A DNA stretch of 64,000 nucleotides from assembly GCA_030704615.1 (NCBI GenBank), contig CM060731.1:38812001-38876000 (forward strand), given 5' to 3'. Below, piece after piece: positions 26,901-40,201 of the stretch; the stretch's first letter is position 1, and each line of letters begins with the position of its first letter. The stretch is from Takakia lepidozioides. Taxonomy: Eukaryota; Plantae; Bryophyta. The position numbers and the translations under genes are program-made. A model generated the notes under the pieces. The model saw nothing but the letters and a program-made list of their open reading frames with translations, was not told where the DNA came from and did not search any database.

Positions 26901-27556
26901 GAAGTGCTTTGCTTCAAATGTGAATTGGAGGTAAAGAAACTATGCATGTCATTGAATGTGACAGTTACTGGTGCACAGTCTGAGAGCTGCCTTGGGCAAT
27001 AATCAAAATTTAAGTATGTTTTGATAGCTGCAGGGGAAGCCGTTGGAAACTTTTATTGCAGAGGAGCTGTCGACAATTTGCAAACAGTTTGCAAAGAACA
27101 GCTTGCATGAAAAAAAAGCTACAATGAAGGAGGATGAAAGGTTTGCATGGGAATCCCCAAAGATTGGAAGACAGGGATACTTGAGGGTAGTTTTCTGTGG
27201 AGAGTATCGATTCTCACCTGTTCCTTCTTTGTGCCAGAAGAAGAGCTGACAAGCTTTCTAGTTTTCAAGAGTCTTCAGTATGAGAGTTCAGCTGACAGAT
27301 TTTCAGCTGTGATTTAATGAAAGAAAATTTTAATGGGTGAGTATGTGAGCTGTGCTCGGAATGGATGTCATATACAAGAAGCCCGAAGCTACAAAGCCCA
27401 AACTGGGATGCACTTGTTTACCAAGTTCAGGTTCTCTATTGTGTTCCTCTCTCACAGCCCCTCTAGCAGGAAAGCAGTCTCTCTGTGGGTATTGTCAAAG
27501 GTTTGGGAATACATTCCATGTTAACTTATCTGCCAGTTGCAATGCATTCTGTACAA

Positions 27557-27799
27557 CTTGAGGAAGGAGTACAACCTCACAAGCTCAGGCTCAACACAAC
27601 TTGCAATCATCCGCTGGATTGTAACTGTGCTGTTGGACAGACCCTAGGCTGTCGGCTGTTGGCTGCCCAAGAACCGACCTTGAGGAAGGAGTACAATTCT
27701 GCAAGCTCGGCTTAACACCATTCTGTAATCACCCACTGGATTGCAAATGTGCTGTCGGGCAGACCTAGGCTGTCGGCTTTTGGCTGTCCAATAACCGAC
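27557..27799. repeat. Two diverged tandem copies of a ~122-bp unit, each ending in a hairpin
   Basis: CTTGAGGAAGGAGTACAA starts at 27557 and 27679; each unit ends CTAGGCT-GTCGG..TTGG..CCAA..CCGAC. Confidence 0.8.
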
Positions 27800-30700
27800 A
27801 GCTCAGAGGGGCCCCAGATCCCAGCCTTGGCTTTCAATGTCAAGAGTTTATCTTAGTTCAGTTGCACCATCTCTCACAATGGAAAGCATTGTTTGAGCTT
27901 ACACCAAAAAACGATTTCCCTTTTCCAGAGAGCTAACTTCAAATATTCTGCAGATGTAGCATATTTCAAATAAGTTTAAATTATACACAATCTAGCCAAT
28001 TGATGAAGTGGGATTGATTATGTACAAGATCAATCATATGTCTGCACAGCAAGTGTAATTTTCAAAATTTTGGAATAATGCCACAGACTGCAGTGATCCG
28101 TGCCTCTAGCCTAAACACTGACGTCGGCGTGGGGAAGGCTATGTACGTCTCCTGTAGGAAAGGGCGCGTGACAACCTCTTTGGTATGACATGACAAGCTC
28201 TGAAGCGTTGAGCTGGAAACCTTCAGTTGTCGATTGCAGGTTTTTTTTTTCCCCTGGGATCCCAAGTGAGGCAGCTGTCTGCATCTATGTCACCCACGCC
28301 GTGTAAGTGATACTCATGTCACGATCTGGACCGCTACATAAATGAAAAGCTGAATGCCGGCTAACGAGAGAATGAATCTGTGACCAAAGGACCTAACTTA
28401 CGTGCCATCCGGTGCAGTTTGTCGTAGCAGTCTGGAGGTATGTAGTGGGCTGTCAAGGTGCAGTTTGTCTTGGCCTTGCTGGCTTGGTCAGGTCCCTTGA
28501 GCCAAAAGGACAAATGGGAAAACCCATATGAGCGGGTTTGTGTTTTTAGGGGAACCATCATCGTTGGGACGTCCAGCCTCCAAGCATCCCTGATAGCCAG
28601 TGTAATGCTACAATTGGGAAGCTAAAGCATCTTCCAAACTACAAAACCGGGTGTTAGCAATGGGCGAATAAATTGAGAGAAAAGCAGCTGGGGGGTGGAT
28701 TGGCGATGTTGGGTTGATGGTGATTGTTCAGTCTAAAACTTGTGATCGAGGGCTACTTAGCAAGAGGAAAGGTTCCGTTTGGTGGGCCGCGTGTATCCCA
28801 CGGTGAGGCATATGACAAACGCTTTGTACAGCAGTATTATTGTACTGCAGGCTCCCTGCCCATTTGAAGCATGGGTACCCATTTGAACATTCATTCAACT
28901 TTCTTCTTCAACATCTGAGATTGACCTCCATAAATGCATGTTTCTTTTGGAATCCTCATTCTTGCAATTTGATTAGGCATTGATTTTGCTTACTTTTATA
29001 GCCGGCATTTTACAATACCTACCAGTTGGGCTTCATTCCTTCAGTTGCCCTTCGTTGGGAGAGTCGCATATTGGGCCAAATTCCCTGCGGGCTCTTGGCA
29101 AATGGGATGGTGAAGAGTCAAGATAGAGAAGACTCTGGTCAAAGCTGGGAGGATGGTCAACACACAGCAAGATAACAAGCAAGAGAACAATGTAAGAAGG
29201 ACTACCTTAATCATAGGATTGTAACCAATGCTAAGTCGATGACAAGGTCATCTTCAGTCATTGCAAAAGTGGGGAATATCGTACATTGGACCTCTGATAA
29301 CTTCAAAGTCCAAAGAAACCAACTGGAATTGTTTTCTGCCTTTATTTTAGAAGATGGAAGAATGTTCCTACCTTTTACATGATTGAAACTCAAGGTTGCC
29401 AATGAAGCAAGTACTTACTTGAATGGAGGGGAGAGGGACTGTAACAGAGAGCCTGCCAGGCAATGGGCCTCCTGAGTAGCCATCATGCTGTAGCATACTG
29501 GGTGCCTGCTCTCCTGGCATCACCAGTTAGAGCCATCTTTTAGGATCTGATTTTCCTAGCAGATTGAAGTCGCTTGGAGATCGGACCGTGAACCACAAGC
29601 CTCCTCCCTCATTTGCCACATTTTCACCCTTCCAGTGTCTCTAAACCTTACCAGGTGATTGGACAATGGATCTGATTGAGACCCACTTTCACACAACTCT
29701 TGGTTGGTTGATATCCATCTTCCTTACGACGACCAATGAGGTAGTTTAAGAAGAAAGTCTTCAACACAGTAAGAGCCTCATCCATGCAGATGAGGCCCGT
29801 AGATTGATGATGCCTGTCTTGCAGGAGGCAGAGGATTGAAGACGACGACAATAAAAACCTTTATGTGGGCCACTGCTGTGCGCAGGCATGTTGTAAGGAA
29901 ATTACCAAATTACTATGGTCATAATTACCGGCTCCAGTCAATTTCCTTACAACTCATGAAAATAGTGCGCTGTCAGAGGTAGGTCCTTTGATACGAAAAC
30001 CTTCCAGAAATTTGATCCAGGCCGCAATAACATCAGTCTTTGAGCAAAAAGGAGAAACCCTTCAACAAGGGCCAAACATGGCTAGACTGTGACTCCAAAT
30101 AGCAATAGTCTCAGTCATCATGCAGTGTTGCGGTCCCAAGCGAGTGGACAGTGTAAGATGGTCCTTGCTATTATGTAGAATGAAGCGAACATCATAATGA
30201 ACGAGAACAGTATTAGGAAACCCATCCCTAGCTCCATCTACCCATCGGCTGCTCTGAGGGTGAAAGAGGCTTGCTTCCCCGGGATGTGTGCCTCCAAGTT
30301 TCTTTCTTTTGTTTGAAGGAAACTCTGTGGCCCCTCAGGCGTAAAAACGTGAAAACCAGTCACGTGTCTGGGTTGTTTTTAATACTATCATTTGAAAACA
30401 TTTTTTTAGCTTCAATTCTTGGCAACTTACTAAACAGGAAAGGATTGCGGCCGAGTCCTGGGCCTCTGTTGTTCCACAAACATACAAAAAAAAGATTGCT
30501 TACACTTTTTTTTTAAATGTTCTTAAACAATTTCTTCAATAGAAGGTTCGGCGAGTCGTATTTATATCCGTGACATGACCCATTCTTGGAAATGCAGAGC
30601 CAGCTTTTCAAAACAAGGCTCATGTTTCCAAAACATCTTTAGGCATCTACAGATTTTCTTTGTCCTCCTTTTCCTTCTTGTTTTTGTTTCTCGGGTGGTG

Positions 30701-30983
30701 GTCCACTTTCCCTTAGCCGTCACTGCTTTTGCAAGGTTATTTTTTCCTTGCATTTAATTCATTTCAGGGCTTCTGTCCCTTTTTTCAAAGAAGAAAATAA
30801 TATTTAGCTGTTCATTGCGCTGTTCCCTTTTCTGTAAGAAAAATATAAATATAAATATAACACTTAGATGGATCATAGCATACAAATGGTGACATTCGTA
30901 AATTAGAGCAACTTTATTCACGTGAAAATGAGTCGCATAGTGTAATTGTTTGCAAGAATCGAACGTGTCGCCAACTTTACTTA

Positions 30984-31528
30984 GAGCCAGGTTCCATGGG
31001 CACTCCCACTCGCCCCCCAAGCAACTGCCCCCAGGAGCGTATTGCCCCTTAAAAATGAGAAAGGGTGCTTCCATGGACACCTTTCCCATCATCCCTGTAA
31101 AATCTTGGCACCAATTGCTCTGTGGGCCCATGACATAGTAAATGATAATTAATATAAGTTTTAGACGAATGTGTATGAATTCATCCCCTCTCCTAAAATC
31201 TAACTGACTCTGGATGAACATCAATAGCATTCTGTAAGGCTCCGTACCTTTACAGGAAAAGACAAAAGTGTCAGTTAGGTGCGCCGCAAAACTCCATGGG
31301 CCCTTGCAAAGGGAGGTCTTTTTTGCGCCCCTTTAAGCAAGGTGCGATTTTGTGGGGCCGCCCCTTACAGAATGTTCTATCTAAGCCAGTAACGTCTGTT
31401 TACGCCCCCTAAGCAAGGTGCGATTTCGTGTGGCCGCCCTTTACAGAATACTCTAAGCCCAGTAAGGCCTCTTTAATTTTGGGGCGATTCAGTTAGTGGC
31501 GCTTGGGGCTGTCCATGGAACCCGGCTC
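30984..31528. mobile_element. PIF/Harbinger (Tourist-like) MITE, 545 bp
   Basis: Terminal inverted repeats GAGCCAGGTTCCATGG / CCATGGAACCCGGCTC, TTA target duplication on both sides, internal ~65-bp direct repeat, no coding capacity. Confidence 0.85.
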
Positions 31529-32869
31529 TTAGGTGGAGTGACTAATGAGCCACCAATATGGTGATTATTATGTATTTGGAAGAACCGTCAAAATAACACT
31601 TCAGTTATAAAGGTCGCTTTAACACAAATATAGAGAAGTAACACCTATCCCCCCATCTCTCATGCTTATAGTGACATCTCCGACTTCTAATTCTCTAATC
31701 TAGTATTCTAGGTGGGCACATTCCCACAATGGGCGCCTGGATGTGGCTGAACAGGTCTTCATCCCATTCCTTTCTTGATTGTGACTTGGGGTAGGGAAAA
31801 GTTTTGATGGGGCATCATGTTGGTAGGGGAGTCTGCCAATGGGAGGTGGCAGGGTCAAAGAGAGACAGGGAGGGAGGGACGTCAGCCATTACTGGGCCTG
31901 CCATACCTCTCTCGCCTCTGCCCCTCACTAAAACCGAGCCTCATCAAGCCGGGGTTGTCTTGTTGTTCCGCAGCTTTCATAACTTTCTTCTGCACTCTCT
32001 TGACTCTGTCCCAGGGATGAAGACCACTGGGCTGTCCCTGAAGCGTGTCATCGTCCTCACTTCCCACGTGCTTATGACTTGTTTGCCCCTGTATTCATTG
32101 TTCGATGTCCCTTTCTCTCTTCCTTTCTCACGAGCTCTCGGAGAACAGATGAGAAATTTGGGCTTCTGAGACATGATCCAACCTTTCTTGTTTAATTCCT
32201 TTCTCTCTCTGTCGGAAGTCCATACCTCACTCTGTGGCTTGCTGGGGGTCTCTGAGCTAGCTTTCCTTTGCATTCCTTTCCTCCGTCATCTGTGTTCCCC
32301 AGCTAGGCCTACACCCCCCCCTTTCCCTCTCTCCTCCAACTTTCGAGTGTTGCTAGTCCGCAATCATCTATCTGGTTTGTGCACTGAATGACGTTGTACT
32401 TCGCAGGTTTTTGTTCTAGTTTTTGAGCATTTAATTTTGCAACCCGACAGATATTACTCATTCTTTTGTCCTTCTTGACATCTTTAGGAATCCCGTGGTG
32501 TACTTCGGTTCCTCTACTCAACGCCGATGCATTGTGTGGTGTCAAGAATGCAGAGATCTTCATCTCTGTTTCCTTCAACTGTTTGGCCTACTTACCTCAA
32601 CGTCAGGATCATTGTTGCGATTATGGGAATACATTTTTCGCAACATTCAGCACCGCCTTCCCGCAGATTTCGACAGACACATCGTCGGGTATTGTCGTTA
32701 TAGCACTATCTGCATTGCTCAGAGCGATGGGCAGGACCGAGAGAGAGTAGTATACCGAGAAAGGCAAATAGGTCCGAGAATGTTGGTGATGGTCCCAAGC
32801 AAGAAACAGGCTCCACGAAGCAGGTAAGCAAGATAGGCAGACAGGGAGGCCTGACACCCACCCAAGTGA

Positions 32870-34344
32870 ATGAGTCCGACGGAGTGCCCGCCATGTGTGC
32901 CCCCCCTGTTTCTGTGTCCAATATCTTTGGAAATAATGAGGGACCCTGTTACCGTCTGCACTGGCCAAACGTACGAAAGAAGCAGCATTCAGAAATGGCT
33001 AGAAGAAGGGCATCGCACTTGCCCGATCACAATGTGTCACCTCGACAACCACACCCTCATTCCCAATCTGATTGTCCGCCGCCTAATTCAAGCGTGGGTG
33101 CGGGAAAATGGTCCAGGCAGTTTGCCTGAGACCCCCTCAACTTCTCCCCGAAAAGAAAATGCGGGGAGCGAGAAGAGAAGACCGATAGCAGCGGACCCGG
33201 AGCGAGTTCTTTCTCTCTTAAGAGAATTGGCTAGGGGAGGACACAGAGTGAAAATGGCTGCCAGAAGTTTACGATTGCTAGCGAAAGAAAGAGAAGAGTA
33301 CCGGACGTGCATCGAGGAAGTAGGAGGGTGTCTACTACTTGTGTCTCTCTTATGGACCAACCCTGCCGAGGAGACACACGAAGACTGTGAGGCGTGTGAG
33401 GATGTATTGGCGGTCTTAGTCCTTCTCTCACAATGCAGTGCGAACACGCGTCATATGGTGACCGAGCCCCAGAAGCTTACGTGGGTGGTGTGGCATCTGG
33501 AAAAGGGAGCCCCTTGGGCGAGGGTGAATGCGGCAGCTTTGCTCGAGAGCTTGCTAGTCTCAGAGGACTTTTGTGCTGGGGTTGGAAAATTCCCAGGTGT
33601 CTTGCAGGGGTTGGTGAAATTGCTCAATGAAGGCAGCCTCCATCAGCACCGGGGGTCAAAGATTGCTGTGAGAGCGTTGCTGGCTGCATGCCTATGCAAG
33701 GTAGAACTCTTGTGAGAATATTTTCGTCTTGAAACTTTCTCTTTAGAAGGCCTCAGAAGAGCTAGTTTTTGGGTAAATTATCTAAAAAATCAAACCTTAT
33801 ACTGTCACTCTGTCAGACAAGGATCTGGTGTTGCCTATGCATTCTATCACAGATTTTGTAAGACTACAACTTTCTTGTACCCATCGTGTTCGATCAGGTG
33901 AATAGAGCACGTGCAGCGGATGCTGGTGCAGTGGGAGCCTTGGTGGAATATTTATCAGATGCACGATCAACCACAGCAGAGAGATGCCTTGCTACGTTGG
34001 AGTTGTTGTGTACCACCACAGAAGGACAGGTTGCAGCCAGCCGGCATGCACTCGCAATCCCCATGCTCGTGAAAATGGTTTTGAGGGTCTCTCTGCGGGG
34101 AACAGAATATGCAACTGGGACTCTCCTAGCCATCTGCAAATCTGGACCAATCGAGGTGCTCCAGGTCGCAATGCAAGCAGGAGCCCGAACCCAGATGCTG
34201 TTTCTGTTGCAAAGTGATGGGACCCCACGGGCCAAGCGGAAGGCTTTGGAACTATTGAAGCTTCTTCACACGGTCTGTTGCCTGCCCATGGTTGGCAAGC
34301 TTTCCAATGCTGTCACAAACTCTTGGGAACGTGTAATGGGCTAG
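32870..34344 (+). CDS. U-box/ARM-repeat E3 ubiquitin ligase (plant PUB family)
   Basis: U-box VPPLFLCPISLEIMRDPVTVCTGQTYERSSIQKW...CPITM...LIPNLIVRRLIQAW plus ARM repeats. Exons 32870-33700 and 33898-34344 (AAG|gtagaa ... tcag|GTG, phase 0). An alternative short last exon at 34495-34506 is possible, and the start codon is uncertain. Confidence 0.92.
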
Positions 34345-35234
34345 AAAAATTGGTCTGAGAAGCAACTCGCTTTCTTTGGTCCCTACTGTCCTGAAGCAGT
34401 GTCGGAAGTAAACTTCCCACCCACATTTGACAGATTTCTCACTTAAGAGGTCAGTTTGTATTCTGTGCATTATATGAGACCCACTCCTCTGCAGGTTGTC
34501 AACTAGGAAGGAGCATTAGGCAGCTACCCTTGGTGTCCGTCCAGTCCCACCAACGGAAGCATTGAAGTCTATTAGACATGACTTCAATCTCTTGAGTTGG
34601 CTCACATTCAGAAGGTCTCACTAGTCCTGAACAAGCCCAAGCTCAGTCAGCCTGTGCCCAGTATCCTGGTGAGGTCAGATGCCATCAGCTGTGATCCATG
34701 GAAAGACGTGCCCTCTCCATCCAGTTTGGCTTTCTGGCCAGATGTTGCTATATTATTTAAGGGATAGATGAACGAGCTCTGGGTAGATAGAATGCTCCCC
34801 TGGCATCTCAGGGCTTCTGTCTGTGAGGGCTCCCAATGTTTGTTTCTTGGCAGATGTCAGCATCTTGGCTGTCTTACCAGGGCTACATCACCAGAGGACC
34901 CCCAAGAGAATGTACTCTTGAGTTTCTAGTGAGATCACATTGAGTCCTAATGTGCTATCTTCACTCTAAGCCACCACGCACACCTGACGCTCTCAAGACC
35001 TCTATGCACTACTTGTACAGTATGGGTCCAAAAAATATCTCCTTCGGTTCTCTTTCCACAAGGATAGCCAGGAGTGATTGACAGCTGGATTAATGTAAGA
35101 TTACTATGATGGCCATTCAAAGCCGGGGTTGATCCTCGTATCATGGTTTGCCGTCTGAAACGAATTCACAGTTTATTGGGATAGCTGCGATGTGGGGTTT
35201 ATGTATCTCTGCCATGTTTCTATGCTTATGAGCA

Positions 35235-35305
35235 GCAACAGATGGCCCAATGGGTTAGCGCATAAGGCCACCTTACAAGCGGTCATGGGTTCTAAGTCAC
35301 ATAGG
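35235..35305 (+). mobile_element. Degenerate tRNA-like SINE head
   Basis: A-box-like TGGCCCAATGG and B-box-like GGGTTCTAAGTC; shares cttac(a/g)ag(c/t)ggt..tgggtt with the element at 57011. Confidence 0.35.
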
Positions 35306-36684
35306 CATATCTTGGATGCCACCCATTATAGTCACCCCAACTATAGAAAGGGGTCACTCGGTCAATCAATCACCTAATGTGGGTGTACCTCGGGTTTCCA
35401 ATCTTTGGGGGCGGTTTGGGCAACCATGTTGCTGTGGTTACAGCCATGAGAATGAATCCACAAGGCCTTTCGGGTTGAAGAGATGCCATCATTTAAGTTT
35501 TCTTGGTACTTCTATATATTCTATGGGCCATCCAAGAGCACTGGGGCAAACAAATGTGGTAATATTGGGGTGCAATTTAAAAAGACACAGATAGAATGGT
35601 CATTCGCCTGTGTAGGCATTCCAATTGAACACAGCTATCCAAATTTGCTGCTTGTCTGCCCCCTTCACCGAATGAAGTTTTCATGTAGTGACTGCTTCAT
35701 TGCCTGTCAGAATTGGGGGCAAGCATCTTAGTCCAACAATTGTTGTTTTGTATTGTGTCAGTGGGAAATTCTTGACATGGGGGAAAACTCCCTATTTGGC
35801 AGCCATTTCTATTCACAACCATAGGAGTGTCAGGTTGATGTGCTTCATAGGGACGACTGATGGTTAAGAGAACCCAATTCTCACTCCTATTTGGATCAAT
35901 GAAGTCTGCACCTCACATGGGGAAAACAAATTTGTATGTCTGGACTACAACTTTATAGAACTCTTATACTTCCACTTGCCATTTTACTACATTTGTCCCA
36001 GTGTTAACGAAGGTAGACTAGAGACTGGAGGTTGTTCGAGATGGGATGTCATCACGAGAAAGCTATGGGACAATCATATAGGATTGCCTTCCACAGAGAA
36101 GGGTTTGCATCAGTGGAGACATGGCCATTATCTTCCATTCCATCTGTGAACATGGAATTTACACTATGGTGACATTTGTCATTGTCCTCTTGTCAAAAAC
36201 TTGATCCCGACCTGGTACTACTGATTGAACTGTCATGCAACATATGTGTTTTCTCCGCTTTGACTCCATTACCCCTGCCGGAAGGTACCTTCAGTTGATA
36301 TGGTTATCTTGAATGAAAAGAACATCTCTATTGATAATAAACATGGTTCTAGCTAGAAGTGGCCAAAATGGAAAATTGCAGATACGAGAGTTTCCATTAT
36401 ACGACCGCTGCTTGAAGGTTGGAAGTCTTTGAGCTTCAGTTGTGGACTTCTTGATGCACTGAACTTCAAATGCATTTGTCAATCAAACTTGGCATCATCT
36501 CAGCATGGAAAGTTTCATATCAGTCAAGTGTTACCAAACTAAGATAATCCCTTGATTTCAATATGCTGCTAAACTGTGAACTTGACACTCTTGTTTGGAA
36601 CAGTGTCTCATTTTCCACTTCACCCTTCCTTGCAACATATCATGACCTTACAGGCTCTCATTAATATGATGGATGTTACATGCC

Positions 36685-38904
36685 TCACCAGTAATCTCCA
36701 CAAGAACAAATCCCATCGTGGAAATGGTGAAAATGGATGACCACATCCCGTATGACAACTGTTCGGCCAACAATCTTTGAGATGAACTTGGTGGCAGTGT
36801 GGCAGTCACCACACGCCCCAAGGTTCTTGATGATGTGGATGGGCATCCCAGGGGGTGTGCTGACGAGCCCAAAAGCAATGGCCAGCTTCTCACTGTGGTG
36901 GCAAAGGGAGAACTCCTTTTTCTCCTCCACATTATGCAATACAAAGCACGTGTCAGGCATGTAACCAGCCTCCTTCATCTGGACAGACAATCGCTTCAGC
37001 TCAGCATGTATTCCCTCAATTTGTGGATGCAATTTGTCTTCTCCAACGAATGTATGCACTCGGTTGTTAACCTCAATACAGCTGCGGCCTGGCTCCTTTC
37101 TGACACCTCTATCCTCCATCATTTTTCTCACCTTTGCTTGATCATCCCACCTGCCAGATTCAGCATAGATGTTTGATAGCAGCACATAAGTTTGAGCGTT
37201 CTGTGGATCCAAATTGATAAGGCATCTCGCTGCATGTCCTGCTAGCTCCACATTGCCATGAATTCTGCAGGCACCAAGCAAGGCCCCCCACACCGCAGCA
37301 CCTGGTTCGATCGGCATTTCCCTGATGAAGTTCTCTGCCTCCATCAATCGCCCTCCACGGCCGAGGAGGTCCACTATGCAGCCAAAATGTTCAACTGTAG
37401 GAGTAAGCCCATGATCTCGAGTCATGGAATCAAAGTAGTGACAGCCTTCATCCATGAGGCCCACATGGCTGCAAGCAGAGAGAAGACATATGAAGGTGAT
37501 ACCGTCCGGCTTCAAGCCTTCCTGATGCATTTGTTCATATAGGCGGACAGCCTCCCTACCACACCCATGTTGACCATATCCAGCAATCATGGCATTCCAT
37601 GAGACCAGATTTCGTTGAGCCATATTGTCAAACACTTTCCGCGAATCCTTGACACTCCCACATTTGGCATACATGTCAGCAAGGGCATTCTCGAGAATTA
37701 TATCTGGCTCAATTCCAGTTTTCATGATGTCAGCGTGCACTTCTCTGCCCTTTCCCAGGGCTCCTAGATTCGCACATACAGTCAGAATGCAAGTGAACGT
37801 CACCCTGTTGGGAGAAACCTTTCCCCGTTGCATGTGCTGATAGATCTTGAACGCCTCCCTATCAAACCCATGCTGAGCATATCCTGTAATCATCGCATTG
37901 CATGAGACCACATCATTTTTAGCCATGTTGTTGAACACTTGACGTGCATCCTCCAGACTCCCACATTTGGCATACATGCCAATAAGGGCATTCTCCAGAA
38001 CAATATCTGGCACAACTCCAATTTTGATGATGTCAGCATGGATGTTTTTGCCATTATCCAGGGCTCCTAGGCTGGCAAACACATTGAGAACACAAGTGAG
38101 CGTGACCCTGTCGGGCAACATCCCTTCCTGTTGCATTTGCTTGTACATGCTGAAAACCTCCCTACCACATCCATGGTGTGCACATCCTGCCATCATGGCA
38201 TTCCATGAGACCACATTTCGTTTGGCCATATTGTTGAACACTTGGCGGGCATGCTTCATGCTCCCACATTTCGCATACATGTCAACCAGTGCAGTCTCCA
38301 GGATCATATCTGGTGCAATACCAGCTTTGACAATGTCAGCATTGACCTCTTTGCCTTTCTCCAGGTATCCAAGGCTAGCACACACATTGAGAATGCAAGT
38401 GAAGGTGACCATGTCAGGTGTCCCCCCTATCCTTATCATTTGCTCATAGATCTCTAATGCGTCCCTACCATACCCGCGCTTGGCATATGCTGCTATCATT
38501 ATAGTCCACGTAAACAAATTCCGTTCAGGCATTTTGTCAAACACTTGACGTGCATCCACCACACTCCCGCACTTGGAATACATGTTCAGAAGGGTGTTGA
38601 ATAGGAAGATGTTTGGTTTGAATCCACTTTGGATAATATGCATGTGCACCTGCTTTCCCTTTACGAGGTTTTTCTGGTTCATGCACTCCTGCAAGAAAGA
38701 GACGTAGTTATTGGAGTTTGCCTGTATGCCTTCTTGGTTAAAAATGTACAGTGCCTCTTTCAGTTGTCCCGACTTACAGAGCGTCCTCACATCCTGACAA
38801 GTGCCGGAGTTCTTGCTCATTCCCTCCCGTGGTCCAATTTCCAAAACCACTGCAAGCCTGCCATCCTGCATGGCTGAAAACTCTTGAGTTACTAACATCA
38901 TCAC
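36685..38904 (-). CDS. PLS-class PPR protein with E1-E2-DYW deaminase domain (organellar C-to-U editing factor type)
   Basis: Intronless 739-aa ORF: L-S-(P-L-S)x3-P2-L2-S2, PG box (KEPGRSCIEV), HSEKLA, CGDCH and terminal CSCGDYW. The true N-terminus or transit peptide may come from an upstream exon. Confidence 0.95.
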   Translation of the reverse strand: MMMLVTQEFSAMQDGRLAVVLEIGPREGMSKNSGTCQDVRTLCKSGQLKEALYIFNQEGIQANSNNYVSFLQECMNQKNLVKGKQVHMHIIQSGFKPNIFLFNTLLNMYSKCGSVVDARQVFDKMPERNLFTWTIMIAAYAKRGYGRDALEIYEQMIRIGGTPDMVTFTCILNVCASLGYLEKGKEVNADIVKAGIAPDMILETALVDMYAKCGSMKHARQVFNNMAKRNVVSWNAMMAGCAHHGCGREVFSMYKQMQQEGMLPDRVTLTCVLNVFASLGALDNGKNIHADIIKIGVVPDIVLENALIGMYAKCGSLEDARQVFNNMAKNDVVSCNAMITGYAQHGFDREAFKIYQHMQRGKVSPNRVTFTCILTVCANLGALGKGREVHADIMKTGIEPDIILENALADMYAKCGSVKDSRKVFDNMAQRNLVSWNAMIAGYGQHGCGREAVRLYEQMHQEGLKPDGITFICLLSACSHVGLMDEGCHYFDSMTRDHGLTPTVEHFGCIVDLLGRGGRLMEAENFIREMPIEPGAAVWGALLGACRIHGNVELAGHAARCLINLDPQNAQTYVLLSNIYAESGRWDDQAKVRKMMEDRGVRKEPGRSCIEVNNRVHTFVGEDKLHPQIEGIHAELKRLSVQMKEAGYMPDTCFVLHNVEEKKEFSLCHHSEKLAIAFGLVSTPPGMPIHIIKNLGACGDCHTATKFISKIVGRTVVIRDVVIHFHHFHDGICSCGDYW

Positions 38905-40201
38905 TGGAACTCACATAATGGATCTCAAAGCACCTACATCTCTAAACCAAAACATCTCTCTCAAGACCAGGCTTATTGTAAGATATTACCAGCAATTGAA
39001 TTATCATCCAGACAATACCTGTTGTATACTTGGCAACCCTCAACCCAAAAGACCTCATTTGTGTGCGTATGTAGGAAGGCTGGTAATCTTGGACTTTTCT
39101 GTGCAGACCACCAGTTGGCACTTAAGAAACCATAGCTGCAACCAAAGCATCACACAAACCAGACTACAACCACCAAGGGCTGAATCATTATAAGACCTAC
39201 TGATGGCAACAGCGGACCCATTTTGCTACCTTATCATGATAAAAAAAACAAAATAAAATTGTAGCAAGTTGAGATGCAGATGTGTCCGCAACATCACCAG
39301 CAAAGTCACAAGCCCTCTTTGACAGAACCTTTCACATCCTAAGAAAGATATCCTCACATTATCAAACATGTCGCCCCACCACCGTGAATGATATGAGAAG
39401 ACCTCTCGCCGGAGCCATCCAATGCTCATGACTTGACCTGAGTACAAGAACTGCAAGAACATGAGAGAGCTTGCCACCTTTCAGTGCTAATGTATTTCTG
39501 GATACTTTCTAGGCTCTTTCTCTGCCTGAGGCACTTAAGAAACTTACAAACATTCCGTAAATTACAGATATTGCATGAGATACTGCAGGAGTTTGCATGG
39601 GTAAAGCCCGCCCTTGAAGCCAGGTTGATGGTGGGTGATACCCAAGTTCATCGACAATCAGTGCTAGACTATAATCTAGACCACATGAAAGAAAGCTCTA
39701 TTTTGACCCGACACCGGTTAGACACCAACCTTGAGTACAAAGGACCTCATTTCTGCACTTGTCTAAATGGACTTCGATGAAAACCACAAGTGGGCAGCTC
39801 GCAGCCATAGCTTCCGCGACAGCCACTGATCCGATGATAATAACCAATTTCGGCACATGTGACATACTCAGCTCTTAAATGTCATGATCAAAGCGGCAAG
39901 CCAAGGTCAAGTGCACAAAAACATATCATCCTACCAGCCTTCCTCAGAAAGAGATCAAGTCCTTCTTATCCTAAGAACTGAAGACCACTGGGCCAATCGA
40001 GATAACCTCACTTTGTCATTCCTGTTGTACCACCGCTGTGAATTATCTTAATTGAACACCTGCCATTCTATGCTCGTTGTTTTGCCTGCATACAAACACC
40101 ACCAAAATTTTGATTTTAAGAAGCTTCTAGTTGGCCTGAATGTTCTTCAGAAATACTACTGCAGGCATTGGGCAAAACTACTCTCTCTCTCTCTCTCTCT
40201 T

